A DNA stretch of 63,585 nt, filler included, from an uncultured bacterium (GTDB lineage: Bacteria; CAYJOG01), in NCBI GenBank assembly GCA_964371695.1. It is 30 parts of 30 records of this genome, joined end to end, with 100 filler letters (N's around TTAATTAATTAA, not from the genome) between each part and the next. Parts side by side here need not be neighbours in the genome. Positions count along the whole stretch, not along the records: positions 40,909 to 42,902 come from CAYJOG010000587.1; positions 43,003 to 44,993 come from CAYJOG010000588.1; positions 45,094 to 47,082 come from CAYJOG010000589.1; positions 47,183 to 49,169 come from CAYJOG010000590.1; positions 49,270 to 51,251 come from CAYJOG010000591.1; positions 51,352 to 53,329 come from CAYJOG010000592.1; 24 more parts are not named here. The stretch is one strand, 5' to 3'. How positions within the stretch are numbered: the first letter of the stretch is position 1; every line of letters begins with the position of its first letter. The position numbers were made by a program, and so were the translations under genes. Of the stretch, positions 42,647-52,159 are shown one piece after another. A model generated the notes under the pieces. It saw nothing but the letters and a program-made list of their open reading frames with translations, had not been told where the DNA came from and did no database searches.

Positions 42647-42902
42647 TTGCCTGCCCCATCCGCCCCCCCCGAAAAATCTCCCCTCCAAAAACTCGTGGAG
42701 CCCCTGTGGGGCAAGCTGCTGGTGCTGGGGGTGGGGGTGCTGGTGCCGGTGGCGGGGCAGATTCTGCTCAAGCTGGGCACCCAGCAGATTGGCGCGCTGG
42801 ATTTTGGCAAAGGCCCCGGCCTGCTGGTGGACGTGTTCACCAACCCGGCGGTGCTGGCGGGGCTGGTGTTTTTCGGTGCGGGCCTGCTGCTCTACCTCAC
42901 CC
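42647..42902 (+). CDS. SMR/EamA-like small transporter (ArnE/F-like), 3' truncated, start uncertain
   Basis: AGQILLKLG..FTNPAVLAGLVFFG. Confidence 0.6.
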
Positions 42903-43061
42903 NNNNNNNNNNNNNNNNNNNNNNNNNNNNNNNNNNNNNNNNNNNNTTAATTAATTAANNNNNNNNNNNNNNNNNNNNNNNNNNNNNNNNNNNNNNNNNN
43001 NNCTGCCTGTATGAGTTGGGTATCCATTTCAATCCTTTCTTTGTCTGCGGGGGGCGGTGAC

Positions 43062-43152
43062 AATTACGAATTACGAGTTACGAATGAAGAGAACTGATGA
43101 ATAGTGGTTTCTCATTTTTCGTTTCGTAATTTGTCATTCGTAATTAGTAATT
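43062..43152. repeat. Inverted tandem heptamer arms (AATTACG)n / (CGTAATT)n
   Basis: AATTACGAATTACGAGTTACGAAT..TTCGTAATT..ATTCGTAATTAGTAATT just downstream of the fibre gene; AT-rich relative to its surroundings. Confidence 0.75.
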
Positions 43153-43158
43153 CCTTGA

Positions 43159-44993
43159 TCAAATCCCTTTGATCAAGGCAAGGCAGGTGCCGCCGGAATC
43201 GGCCTCCAGCACTTTGCCGATGATGTTTTTGACATTGGCGCTGTTGTTCACTTTTGCGAAGCCAGGCGCAGCGTTGTCCACGATGAGCCAGTCGCCAGGA
43301 GTTGCGGCATTCGTCACCACCACTTCACAGACGCCGTGAAAACATACGCTGCCCATGACGTGACCGGAGATGGTCTTGTGGTCCCTGTCCACGACGACGC
43401 CGAAAAAATCGGTGAGGTCTGTGGCGAGGTTGGCCAGCAGGGATCCCCCCACCGGCAGGGTAACCAGTTTGCCTCGCGTGGCGTCCGGGGGAATGCGCAC
43501 ACGGGCGGTCAGTCCGAATCCCTGACTCTTTGAGAAATCCAGAGTGTTGGTCTGGAAACCGAGATAGCCGGATTCCAGCCACAGCGGCGTCATGCTTTGC
43601 GTGGCCGTTACGGTGCCGGGTCCCCGCAGCACCCAACCCATGGCCGCCGGATTGGCGGTGTTGTATCCCGTGCCCGGGACCGCAAGAGACATGATCTGTC
43701 CGGAACCAAAAGCGGTGTTCTCATGGCGCAGCAGGGCGTGGTTCAGTTCCGTCCCGGTTCCCTTGGCCTGGAAGTCAGCACCGGTGGGGGCGTAGGCCTG
43801 GGCCTCCACACCGGCGGACCAGGCGCGGCCACGCACACCCGTGGCGGAACCGGAACTGGCGCCACTCACCTCCGCCTGGATGGCCACGTAGTCCGGCCCG
43901 GCGGCTCCGGCGGCCCCCAGCACGTTCAGCACCTGGGCCTGGGTGCCGGAGATGTTCTCGATGAGCTGGTGGTGGTAAAGATTGATGGACGGCAGGCTTT
44001 CGTGGGAACTGAGCAGGTGGGACAGGTCTGGCCCCGTAATAGTGACATCCTGACCAGCGGTGGAAATGGCGATGCCGCCCGCGCCTTGCAAATTCACCGC
44101 GCCGGTTAACCCCTCCAAGGACGTGACACCGCCGCCACCACCGGCTGGGGCCGTGGCCAAAACCATCTGACGGAAACTCCATCCGTCGAAGAAAAAACGG
44201 TCCGCCGCCAGGTCCGCGCTGGCGTTGTGGGCGGGGTTGGTGTTGGGTGTGCCCCAGAGCTGACCGGAATTCAACCCCGTGGTGATGCGGAAGGTGTTCC
44301 AGTAACCGTGAAGGGCCGCGTTCTGTGGGTCCTGGGGGCCTGTGATGACCACACCTGCGCCATGGGGGGTGCTCCAACCGTTGACGAACACACCCGCCAC
44401 GTTGCCCGCCGTGTTGTTGTGGCTCACGCCGATGCTCAGCCCCAGCACGTCGCCCACCGTGCCCGTGTGACTGGCGCCCACCGCCAGACCCGTCAGTGCG
44501 TTCCCCGCCGTAGGGGCACCGATGCCGGTGAAGGACCCGCCGTTGACCTGGGTGCCCGTGCCCTTGTAGCGAATCTGAAAGCCGGTGTTCTTGGCGGACC
44601 CGGCGGTGGCGCTGTTGTCTCCCACCCAAAACGCCGTGGCGCTTTCTTCCAGCAGGTCGCTGAAGCGCAGCGCCCCGCCACCACCGCCTCCTGTGGAGGA
44701 AAGTGTCACCTGTCCGGGACCGGGTTGGTCCAAAGCCAGGGTAATGCCGCTGCCAGCCACCAGGTCGGCAAGGGCCAGGTACTGCGGATGTGGATCACCC
44801 GAGGCCAGAACCCCATGTTGGGCTGCTGTGAGGTTCCCGGTGAGCAGTCCAAGGTCGATGGGGTCAGGGCCACCGGCTTCGTGGGTGTCGCCGTGGGCCG
44901 TGGGGGGCTGGCCGCCCTGGGCCAGGGTGTCCAACCGGGTGTCGATTTCGTCCAGCACCGACTCCAGGTTCTGGCCGGTGAAGGCCGGATGCG
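43159..44993 (-). CDS. Phage tail-fibre-like protein, 5' truncated
   Basis: NLESVLDEI, HGDTHEAGGPDPI, DPHPQYL, GVTSLEGLTGAVNL, Gly hinges, C-terminal GVVV..TPGDWL..IIGKVLE domain. Confidence 0.7.
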
Positions 44994-45093
44994 NNNNNNN
45001 NNNNNNNNNNNNNNNNNNNNNNNNNNNNNNNNNNNNNTTAATTAATTAANNNNNNNNNNNNNNNNNNNNNNNNNNNNNNNNNNNNNNNNNNNN

Positions 45094-47082
45094 GGGCGGT
45101 GATTCTGAGTTGGTCGCCCACCCTCACCACCGTGGCCTGGGGGTCGCCCGCCTTGCTCAGGCTGGCGTTTTCAATGTCCGGCGGAATCTGCACCACCGTC
45201 AGGCTCTCGCCGCGCACGTGGCGCTCCGCCAGACGGGCCGGAGTCGAAGTGGCGGGTGCATTCCACTGATAGTCCACACCCGGCCCCTGGAACGTCAACA
45301 CGCCGCTCAGCACCTTGTCCACCTGCATCCGTACCTGCGGGAAACCCTGCTGGGCCAGCGTGGCGGCCACCAGACTCAGCAGGCTGTCCACACCGCCGGA
45401 CTCAGCGCTTGCGAGCAGGTCGGTGTAAACCGTGAGGTGCCTGAAACCCGCCGTGGCGGCGGGGTTGGGATTGATGCGCAGCAACAGCACGTCCACCCGC
45501 TGGCCGGGCTGGCGGCGCACGATAATTCCCTGAGATTGCGGGGCCAGACTGTGGGCCCGGCTGTCGCTGCCAAACAGCGTGGCCACCTGCCCCGTGGCGC
45601 TGCTGCGCAGGGACTGGTCATATCCCAGACCTTTCCAGGCAAACGCCACAGGCGTGAATCCAACCTGCCCGTCCCGCAGGGTGCTGCCCAGGCGGCTGAG
45701 GCGCAGGTGGGTTTCGCCGTCAAACACCAGGGCCACGGCGCGGCCGCCCAGGCCCTGGTCCGTCACCGGCGTGTTCAACTGGGTGGCCGTGCCCCCCTGG
45801 GGTGTGAGCGTGAGGCTCAGTTGTCCCTGGGGTGAACCACCGGGGGGCGTCTGGTCTTCAAAGGCAAGCGTCCAGTCCACAGCCGTGTTCAGCGGCAGCA
45901 CGGCGGGGGCGCTCGCAAGCGTGGTGGTTCCGCTTTTGAGGGACACGACGGCGTCCACGTCCTGGGCGGTCTGGCCCGTCCACGACACCTCCAGCACGAG
46001 CCGCCGGGCGGGGGTGTTGTTGTCCTCCAGCGCCCACTGGGCCGAGCCGATGCCGGTGAACTGCGTGAGTTCAAACGTCCCTGAGAGTTCCACCGTCAAC
46101 CCGGCGGGGGACAGCATGTTGTAGGACACGAGATTGAGCGCGCCCGGCCCCGTGCGCTCCACCAGCAGGCCCGTGGGCTGGGGGGTGAGGCTTTCGGTGG
46201 GTTCCAGCGTCTGCATCAACAACCAGTTCTGCTGAACGTCGCCGGTGAAGTCATCTGCAAAAAACCGGCTGCCCAGGGCCGTGGCGCTGGCCGTGCCGCT
46301 GCCCAGCGTCAGCAGCGTGTCGCCGCCGTCGGTGGCCAGGGGGGCCAGCGACCGGGCCACCACACCCACACCATCGCTGAGTGTGTTCAGGTTCTGGGGC
46401 ACGGAGCGGTAAACCCCGCCCCCCGGCGGTGTTTCTGAAAGCACCGTGGGGGAGCCCACCAGTTGTTTCTCGGCGGGCTGGGCGCGGGACTCCGCATTGG
46501 CCAGCGCCCCCACCACGCCGCTCAGGCCGGGCGCGCCCGTGGCCTCCAGTTCATACGACTCCCCCTGGGCGATTTCCATCACACCGGGGCGCGTGAGGTT
46601 GCGGGCCTGCACACTGTTCAACCCCTGGGCCTGTTCATAGCCATATCGCTGGGCGCTGAACACGTTCAGGCCGGGATTGCCCGACTCCGACACCAGCACC
46701 CGCAGCGTCTCCAGGGCGTTACCCAGGTCATCGGTGGTCTGGCTCACGCCGAGTGTGCCTTCGTAAAGGCCGGGAAAGGTTTCGGTGAGCGCCAGTGCCC
46801 CGCCCACCAGACCAGGCTCGAAGGCGCTGGTGAGATGGATGGTGGTGAGTGGCGTGACGTTGGCCAGTTGGGCGCTCACGCCCCCCAGTCCCGGCGGGCC
46901 AGAGACCGTCACCTTCACGCTGTCGCCGGGCCGCCACGCGCCAGTGTTCCGGCTCAGGTTCTCGGTGCTCACCGCCACCAGCGGCGTCACGCCCTGCATG
47001 CTCAGCAGGCAGTCCGCCGCCACCTCGGCCCCCTGGGTAAACCCCGCCACGCTCGTCACCACACCCAGCATCTGCAAGGGGT
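45094..47082 (-). CDS. Large Thr/Gly/Ser-rich beta protein with tandem Ig-like repeats, truncated both ends
   Basis: Open across the whole contig; two related units (NLSR..GDS..SGPPGL..LAN..LVG..LTET.PGLY and NLTR..GES..TGAPGL..LAN..LVG..LSETPPGGGVY). Confidence 0.65.
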
Positions 47083-47208
47083 NNNNNNNNNNNNNNNNNN
47101 NNNNNNNNNNNNNNNNNNNNNNNNNNTTAATTAATTAANNNNNNNNNNNNNNNNNNNNNNNNNNNNNNNNNNNNNNNNNNNNGGTAATAAGTCGCCCCTT
47201 GACGCCGC

Positions 47209-47214
47209 TATGAT
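47209..47214 (+). promoter_or_regulatory. -10 box TATGAT, 6 nt before aroK ATG
   Basis: TATGAT-tcggcg-ATG. Confidence 0.65.
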
Positions 47215-47220
47215 TCGGCG

Positions 47221-47745
47221 ATGGCTTTTCCTGGCCGCATTTATCTCATCGGCATGCCCCTGAGCGGCAAAACCCGCGTGGGGGGCTGGCTGGCCCAGCG
47301 GGTGGGTTATTCCCTGCTGGACCTCGACACCCGCCTGCAACAGCGCGAGGGCAAAACCATCCCCGAAATTTTCGCCGCCCACGGTGAAGACGCCTTTCGC
47401 CAGATCGAGACCCTGGTGCTGGTGGAATCGTTGCAATCCAGTCGTGTGGTGGTGTCCACCGGCGGCGGCATTGTCACGCGGTCCAAAAACCGCGAGTTGC
47501 TGGCGCTGCAAAGCACGGTGTATCTGCGCGTGCCCCTGCCGCTGCTCATCGCACGGGGCGAGGAACTGCTGGCCCAAGGAGAGGATCTGGACCGGCCCCT
47601 GTTGTCGGGTGCGGACTGGCGCGAGCGGCTCGGCGCGCTCCATGCACAGCGGGCCCCGCTCTATGAAAAATGCGCCCGCATCACAGTGGATGGCAGAGAG
47701 GACGTGGAAAACGTGACCCAAAACATTTTCAGCGCCCTGGCGTGA
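47221..47745 (+). CDS. aroK: Shikimate kinase
   Basis: IYLIGMPLSGKT, GEDAFRQIE, VSTGGG, RPLL, R.PLY. Confidence 0.93.
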   Translation: MAFPGRIYLIGMPLSGKTRVGGWLAQRVGYSLLDLDTRLQQREGKTIPEIFAAHGEDAFRQIETLVLVESLQSSRVVVSTGGGIVTRSKNRELLALQSTVYLRVPLPLLIARGEELLAQGEDLDRPLLSGADWRERLGALHAQRAPLYEKCARITVDGREDVENVTQNIFSALA

Positions 47746-49076
47746 GCATCATGTCCAGCCCCCTGCCACCTTTTCTTGTCGCCGGTCAGTTTCTGGGGGC
47801 GCACCGGCTGATTCGCCCCATTGGCCAGGGGGCGGCGGGGGCGGTGTGGGAGGCCGAGGATCTCACGCTGCGCCGCCGCGTGGCCCTCAAGACCCTGCAT
47901 CCTCAAATGACCGCAGACCCCGCCCACCTGCGCCGCTTTGGCCGCGAAGCCCGGCTGATGGCCCTGTTGCAGGGCCAGGGTGCGCCCGACGTGTTCACGC
48001 TGGCCGAAGATCAGGGCCTGCACTTTTTTGCCATGACCCTGCTGGCCGGTGACACCGCCAACACCCTGCTTCAAAAAAATACCGCGCTTTCGTTTCGCCA
48101 GCTTGCGCCGTTGCTGGAACAACTGCTGGGCGTGCTGTCGACCCTGCACCGCCTGGGGGTGGCCCACCGCGACATCAAGCCCGATCACCTGTTGCTCAGC
48201 CGCCGCGCCGGTGGACCCCGCCTGTGGCTGGTGGATTTTGGCCTGGCCAAAACCATGACCGGCGAGGACCCTCTTTCTCTGCCAGGCGAGGTCGCCGCCG
48301 CGCCGGGCCTGACGCAGTTTGGCAAAACACTGGGCACACCCGGTTACATCGCGCCGGAACTCCTGGCCCAGCACCCGCTTTCGCCGGCCAGCGACCTGTT
48401 TGGCGTGGGAGTGAGCGCGGTGGAACTTTTGATGGGCCAGCGGTGGCTGAGCGCCAAAACCCGCCCCCAGCGTCAGGCGCTTTATGCGCGGGGTTTTGAC
48501 GAAGAACTCGCCCACCTGCCACTGAAACCCGCTGAAAAACAATGGCTGCTGAGTCTTCTTCAGACCAGTCCGCAGGACCGCCCCCAAAACGCGCAAGAGG
48601 CGCTGGAGGGTCTGCAACTGCTGCAACACGCCACCACCACCAACACCCCCATCCCCGCCCCTGCCCTGTCCGTTTCAAACAGCGCCCCGCAGGCCCCCGG
48701 GTATTACACCGCCATGCTGGGCCGGTTTGGGTTGGTGGCCCTGAGCGCGGCGTTGTGGTGGATGACCGGCCAGATCACCCGCGCGCCCATGGCGTTGCCC
48801 AAGGCGGCCAGCGCCCACCGCGTGGTGTGGCTCAGCAAACCCACCCGCCTGCTGCCCGGCGACAGCCTGCGTTACACCGGCCCGGTGCGCGCCGTGGCGC
48901 AGACACCCCAGGGCTGGGAGTTCGAGGCGGGCGGTGTGCGCCTGCGCTGGCAGAGTCCGCGCCTGCGCCTGACCGAGGGCGACACCGTGCGCCTGACGGG
49001 CCGCGTGAATCATCTGGACGGCAACGTCGCGGTGCTGAAAGAAAACGGCGTGGCGCTGAAAGTGTTGGGGCGGTGA
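47742..49076 (+). CDS. Hanks-type Ser/Thr protein kinase with TM helix and small C-terminal domain
   Basis: IGQGAAGAVW, VALK, HRDIKP, DFGLAK, GTPGYIAPE; start GTG 47742 or ATG 47751. Confidence 0.9.
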   Translation: MSIMSSPLPPFLVAGQFLGAHRLIRPIGQGAAGAVWEAEDLTLRRRVALKTLHPQMTADPAHLRRFGREARLMALLQGQGAPDVFTLAEDQGLHFFAMTLLAGDTANTLLQKNTALSFRQLAPLLEQLLGVLSTLHRLGVAHRDIKPDHLLLSRRAGGPRLWLVDFGLAKTMTGEDPLSLPGEVAAAPGLTQFGKTLGTPGYIAPELLAQHPLSPASDLFGVGVSAVELLMGQRWLSAKTRPQRQALYARGFDEELAHLPLKPAEKQWLLSLLQTSPQDRPQNAQEALEGLQLLQHATTTNTPIPAPALSVSNSAPQAPGYYTAMLGRFGLVALSAALWWMTGQITRAPMALPKAASAHRVVWLSKPTRLLPGDSLRYTGPVRAVAQTPQGWEFEAGGVRLRWQSPRLRLTEGDTVRLTGRVNHLDGNVAVLKENGVALKVLGR

Positions 49077-49169
49077 TACCAATTCTCAACCGAAACAGCG
49101 TTAATCCGAATGAAAGGGTAAGTTGGGGAAAGGGTTGGGCGAAGTCAGAGGGGTGAAGAGAATTGGTAT
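49076..49169. mobile_element. ~94-bp MITE copy
   Basis: Perfect 12-bp TIR ATACCAATTCTC / GAGAATTGGTAT; starts on the A of the kinase TGA. Confidence 0.8.
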
Positions 49170-49269
49170 NNNNNNNNNNNNNNNNNNNNNNNNNNNNNNN
49201 NNNNNNNNNNNNNTTAATTAATTAANNNNNNNNNNNNNNNNNNNNNNNNNNNNNNNNNNNNNNNNNNNN

Positions 49270-49324
49270 CCGCGAAGGCGGCCGCACCATCGGCGCAGGC
49301 GTCGTCACCAAGATCATCAAGTAA
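49270..49324 (+). CDS. tuf: Elongation factor Tu, C-terminal fragment
   Basis: REGGRTIGAGVVTKIIK* directly upstream of rpsJ. Confidence 0.95.
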
Positions 49325-49351
49325 CAAGGCAACAGGAGACAGGAGAGAAAC

Positions 49352-49669
49352 GTGGCAGCGTTAGACACACAAAAAATTCGCATCAGGCTCAAGGCATACG
49401 ATCATCGTGTGCTGGATGACAGCGCACGGCGCATCGTGGAGACCGCCCGCAGCACCGGCGCCACCGTGCTGGGGCCGATTCCGCTGCCCACCGCCCGCAA
49501 CATTTATTGTGTGCTGCGCTCGCCCCATGTCGACAAGAAAAGCCGCGAACACTTTCAGATGCTGACCCACAAGCGCCTGATTGACATCAAGGAACCCACC
49601 GCGTCCACCGTGAACGCGCTCACCACGCTTGAACTGCCAAGCGGCGTGGAAATCACGATCAAACTGTAG
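49352..49669 (+). CDS. rpsJ: 30S ribosomal protein S10
   Basis: [28 protein letters not shown]. Confidence 0.99.
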   Translation: MAALDTQKIRIRLKAYDHRVLDDSARRIVETARSTGATVLGPIPLPTARNIYCVLRSPHVDKKSREHFQMLTHKRLIDIKEPTASTVNALTTLELPSGVEITIKL

Positions 49670-49678
49670 GAGAAGGCC

Positions 49679-50305
49679 ATGCATCTTTTGGGACAAAAAA
49701 TGGGTATGACCCATGTGTACGCCGAAGACGGCTCTGTGCAGCCGGTGACGGTGGTGCGCGTGCCCAAGGCCACGGTGGTGACAAAACAGACCACCGAGCC
49801 GGGCAAGGAAATGGTGCAGGTGGGGATTCTGGAAACGAAGGAAGACCGCCTGAACAAACCCCGCGCCGGGCACCTGAAAAAGAACGGCGCCAAGCTGTAT
49901 TCCAAGCTTTACAGCTTCGCCAGTGCGGGCGAGGGATTTGAGCCAGGTCAGGAACTGACCGTAGAAACCTTTGAAGCAGGAACCCGTGTGGACGTGGTGG
50001 CCAACACCATTGGCCGCGGGTTCACCGGCGGTGTCAAGCGCTGGGGTTTTTATGGGTCCAACATGAGCCACGGCCAGAGCAAAAACCACCGCAAGCCAGC
50101 TTCTGGCGGCGCGACCGATGCGGGCCGCACTTTTCCGGGCACCCGCAAGCCGGGTCAGCACGGCAACCAGCGGCGCACCATCAAGAACCTGCAAGTGGTG
50201 CGGATTCTGCCCGAAGACGATCTGATTCTGATCAAGGGCGCTGTGCCTGGGCCTGAAAAAGGTTTTGTGCAGTTGCACAAACGCGCAGCGGAGGTGTCCA
50301 AATGA
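49679..50305 (+). CDS. rplC: 50S ribosomal protein L3
   Basis: LGQKMGMT, GRGFTGGVKRW, KGAVPG. Confidence 0.98.
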   Translation: MHLLGQKMGMTHVYAEDGSVQPVTVVRVPKATVVTKQTTEPGKEMVQVGILETKEDRLNKPRAGHLKKNGAKLYSKLYSFASAGEGFEPGQELTVETFEAGTRVDVVANTIGRGFTGGVKRWGFYGSNMSHGQSKNHRKPASGGATDAGRTFPGTRKPGQHGNQRRTIKNLQVVRILPEDDLILIKGAVPGPEKGFVQLHKRAAEVSK

Positions 50306-50940
50306 AAGTGGCGGTTCTCTCAAGCGGAGCCAAGGCGGCGGGGGAAGTGGAGATTCCCGAAGTCAAGGCCAAGCCCGAAGTGCTGCGGGAATATTTTGAA
50401 GCCTCGCGCACCAACAGCCGCGTTTCTGGGGCAAACACCAAGCGTCGCAACGAAGTGAGCGGCGGCGGCAGAAAACCCTGGAAACAAAAAGGCACCGGCC
50501 GCGCCCGTCAGGGGTCCATTCGTGCGCCCCACTGGCGGCATGGCGGTGTGGTGTTCGGCCCCCTCAACGAAAAAATCTATCTGGTGGAGCTCACCCGCGC
50601 CAAGAAACAAAGCGCTGTGGTGCTGCTTTTCGCAGAACTGGCTGAATCGGGCCGGCTGCTGGTGGTGGACGCGGTGACACAACCCGCGAAAACCAAAGAC
50701 GCTCAGGCGTGGCTTGCCGGTTTGGGTGTCACCCAGACCAAGAACGTGTATGTGCTGGTGAAGGATCCCGGCGCCGATGAAAACCGCGCTTTTCTTAACC
50801 TCAAGGGTGTGGGGCTGATGGCCACCGGCCGGTTGGACCCCAAGCTGCTGCTGGCGAGCCGCCGCGTGGTGGTGGCGAAAAGTGATCTGGAAGGTCTCGT
50901 CAAGGGACCCCGAAAGGAGGCGCGCCATGCATCTGTTTGA
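50302..50940 (+). CDS. rplD: 50S ribosomal protein L4
   Basis: EVSGGGRKPWKQKGTGRARQGSIR. Confidence 0.98.
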   Translation: MKVAVLSSGAKAAGEVEIPEVKAKPEVLREYFEASRTNSRVSGANTKRRNEVSGGGRKPWKQKGTGRARQGSIRAPHWRHGGVVFGPLNEKIYLVELTRAKKQSAVVLLFAELAESGRLLVVDAVTQPAKTKDAQAWLAGLGVTQTKNVYVLVKDPGADENRAFLNLKGVGLMATGRLDPKLLLASRRVVVAKSDLEGLVKGPRKEARHASV

Positions 50941-51211
50941 TGTGGTGATTCGCCCGGTGGTGTCGGACAAAACCTTCAACGCCATGGACAAGGGTGTGTA
51001 TGTGTTCAAGGTTCATCCCGAAGCCACCAAGTTCAGCGTGAAGCAGGCCATTGAACAGGCCTTCAGCGTGAACGTGACCCAGGTGCGCCTGCTGAACCTC
51101 AAAGGAAAAAAACGCCGCTTTGGCCGCTTTGCGGGCAAACGGCCAGACTGGAAAAAAGCCTACGTCACGCTTGCGGCGGGGCAACGCATCAGCGAGCTTT
51201 CGGAGACATAA
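50927..51211 (+). CDS. rplW: 50S ribosomal protein L23
   Basis: SD AAAGGAGG; RPVVSDK, KKAYVTL. Confidence 0.97.
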   Translation: MHLFDVVIRPVVSDKTFNAMDKGVYVFKVHPEATKFSVKQAIEQAFSVNVTQVRLLNLKGKKRRFGRFAGKRPDWKKAYVTLAAGQRISELSET

Positions 51212-51214
51212 ATC

Positions 51215-51251
51215 ATGGGCATTCGAACCTTTAGACCAACCACACCGGGCC
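51215..51251 (+). CDS. rplB: 50S ribosomal protein L2, first 12 codons
   Basis: MGIRTFRPTTPG in the canonical S10 operon position. Confidence 0.9.
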
Positions 51252-51351
51252 NNNNNNNNNNNNNNNNNNNNNNNNNNNNNNNNNNNNNNNNNNNNTTAAT
51301 TAATTAANNNNNNNNNNNNNNNNNNNNNNNNNNNNNNNNNNNNNNNNNNNN

Positions 51352-52155
51352 GTGCTGGGGGGCGAGGTCAAGGACGTGCTGCTTCTGGACGTGACGCCTC
51401 TCTCGCTGGGCATCGAAACACTGGGCAGCGTGTTTACCAAGCTCATCGAGCGCAACACCACCATCCCCACCCGCAAGAGCGAGGTGTTTTCTACCGCCGC
51501 CGATGGCCAGACCGCCGTGGACATTCACGTGTTGCAGGGCGAGCGCGAAATGGCGCGGGACAACGTGACGCTGGGCAAGTTCCAGCTTTCCGGCATTCCC
51601 CCGGCGCCCCGTGGCGTGCCCCAGATTGAAGTGACCTTTGACCTCGACGCCAACGGCATTGTGAGCGTGAGCGCCAAAGACCGGGGCACGGGCAAAGAGC
51701 AGACCATCACCATCACCAGTTCCACCAACCTCACCAAAGACGAAATCGAGCGCATGGTGGGCGACGCCAAATCTCACGAAGAAGAAGACAAACGCAAACG
51801 CGAAGAAGTCGAAACCCGCAACGAGGCCGACAGCGAGGTGTACAAGGTCGAAAAACTTTTGGCCGAACACCGCGACAAACTGCCCGCCGGTGAAATCCCC
51901 GCCATCGAAGACGCCATCAAAAAGGTGAAAGACCTGCAAACCGGCGAAGACTTGGCCGCCCTGAAAAGCGCCGTGGAAAACCTGCGTCAGGCCAGCTTCA
52001 AGCTGGGGCAGGCCCTGTATCAGGCCAGCGCCCAGCCAGGGGCAGAGAGCAGCCCCGGTGGTGGTGGCCAGCAGGCCGGTGGCGGCCACAGCGGCAATGG
52101 CGCGGGTGGTGGTGACGACGTGATCGACGCCGATTTCACCGAAGTGAAGGACTGA
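51352..52155 (+). CDS. dnaK: Chaperone DnaK, C-terminal part
   Basis: [35 protein letters not shown]. Confidence 0.99.
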   Translation: MLGGEVKDVLLLDVTPLSLGIETLGSVFTKLIERNTTIPTRKSEVFSTAADGQTAVDIHVLQGEREMARDNVTLGKFQLSGIPPAPRGVPQIEVTFDLDANGIVSVSAKDRGTGKEQTITITSSTNLTKDEIERMVGDAKSHEEEDKRKREEVETRNEADSEVYKVEKLLAEHRDKLPAGEIPAIEDAIKKVKDLQTGEDLAALKSAVENLRQASFKLGQALYQASAQPGAESSPGGGGQQAGGGHSGNGAGGGDDVIDADFTEVKD

Positions 52156-52159
52156 ACCC

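Noticed and set aside
43003-47082. Tail-fibre gene and Ig-like repeat gene as one prophage locus
   Set aside because: They are on separate contigs, adjacent only through size ordering; linkage is unsupported.
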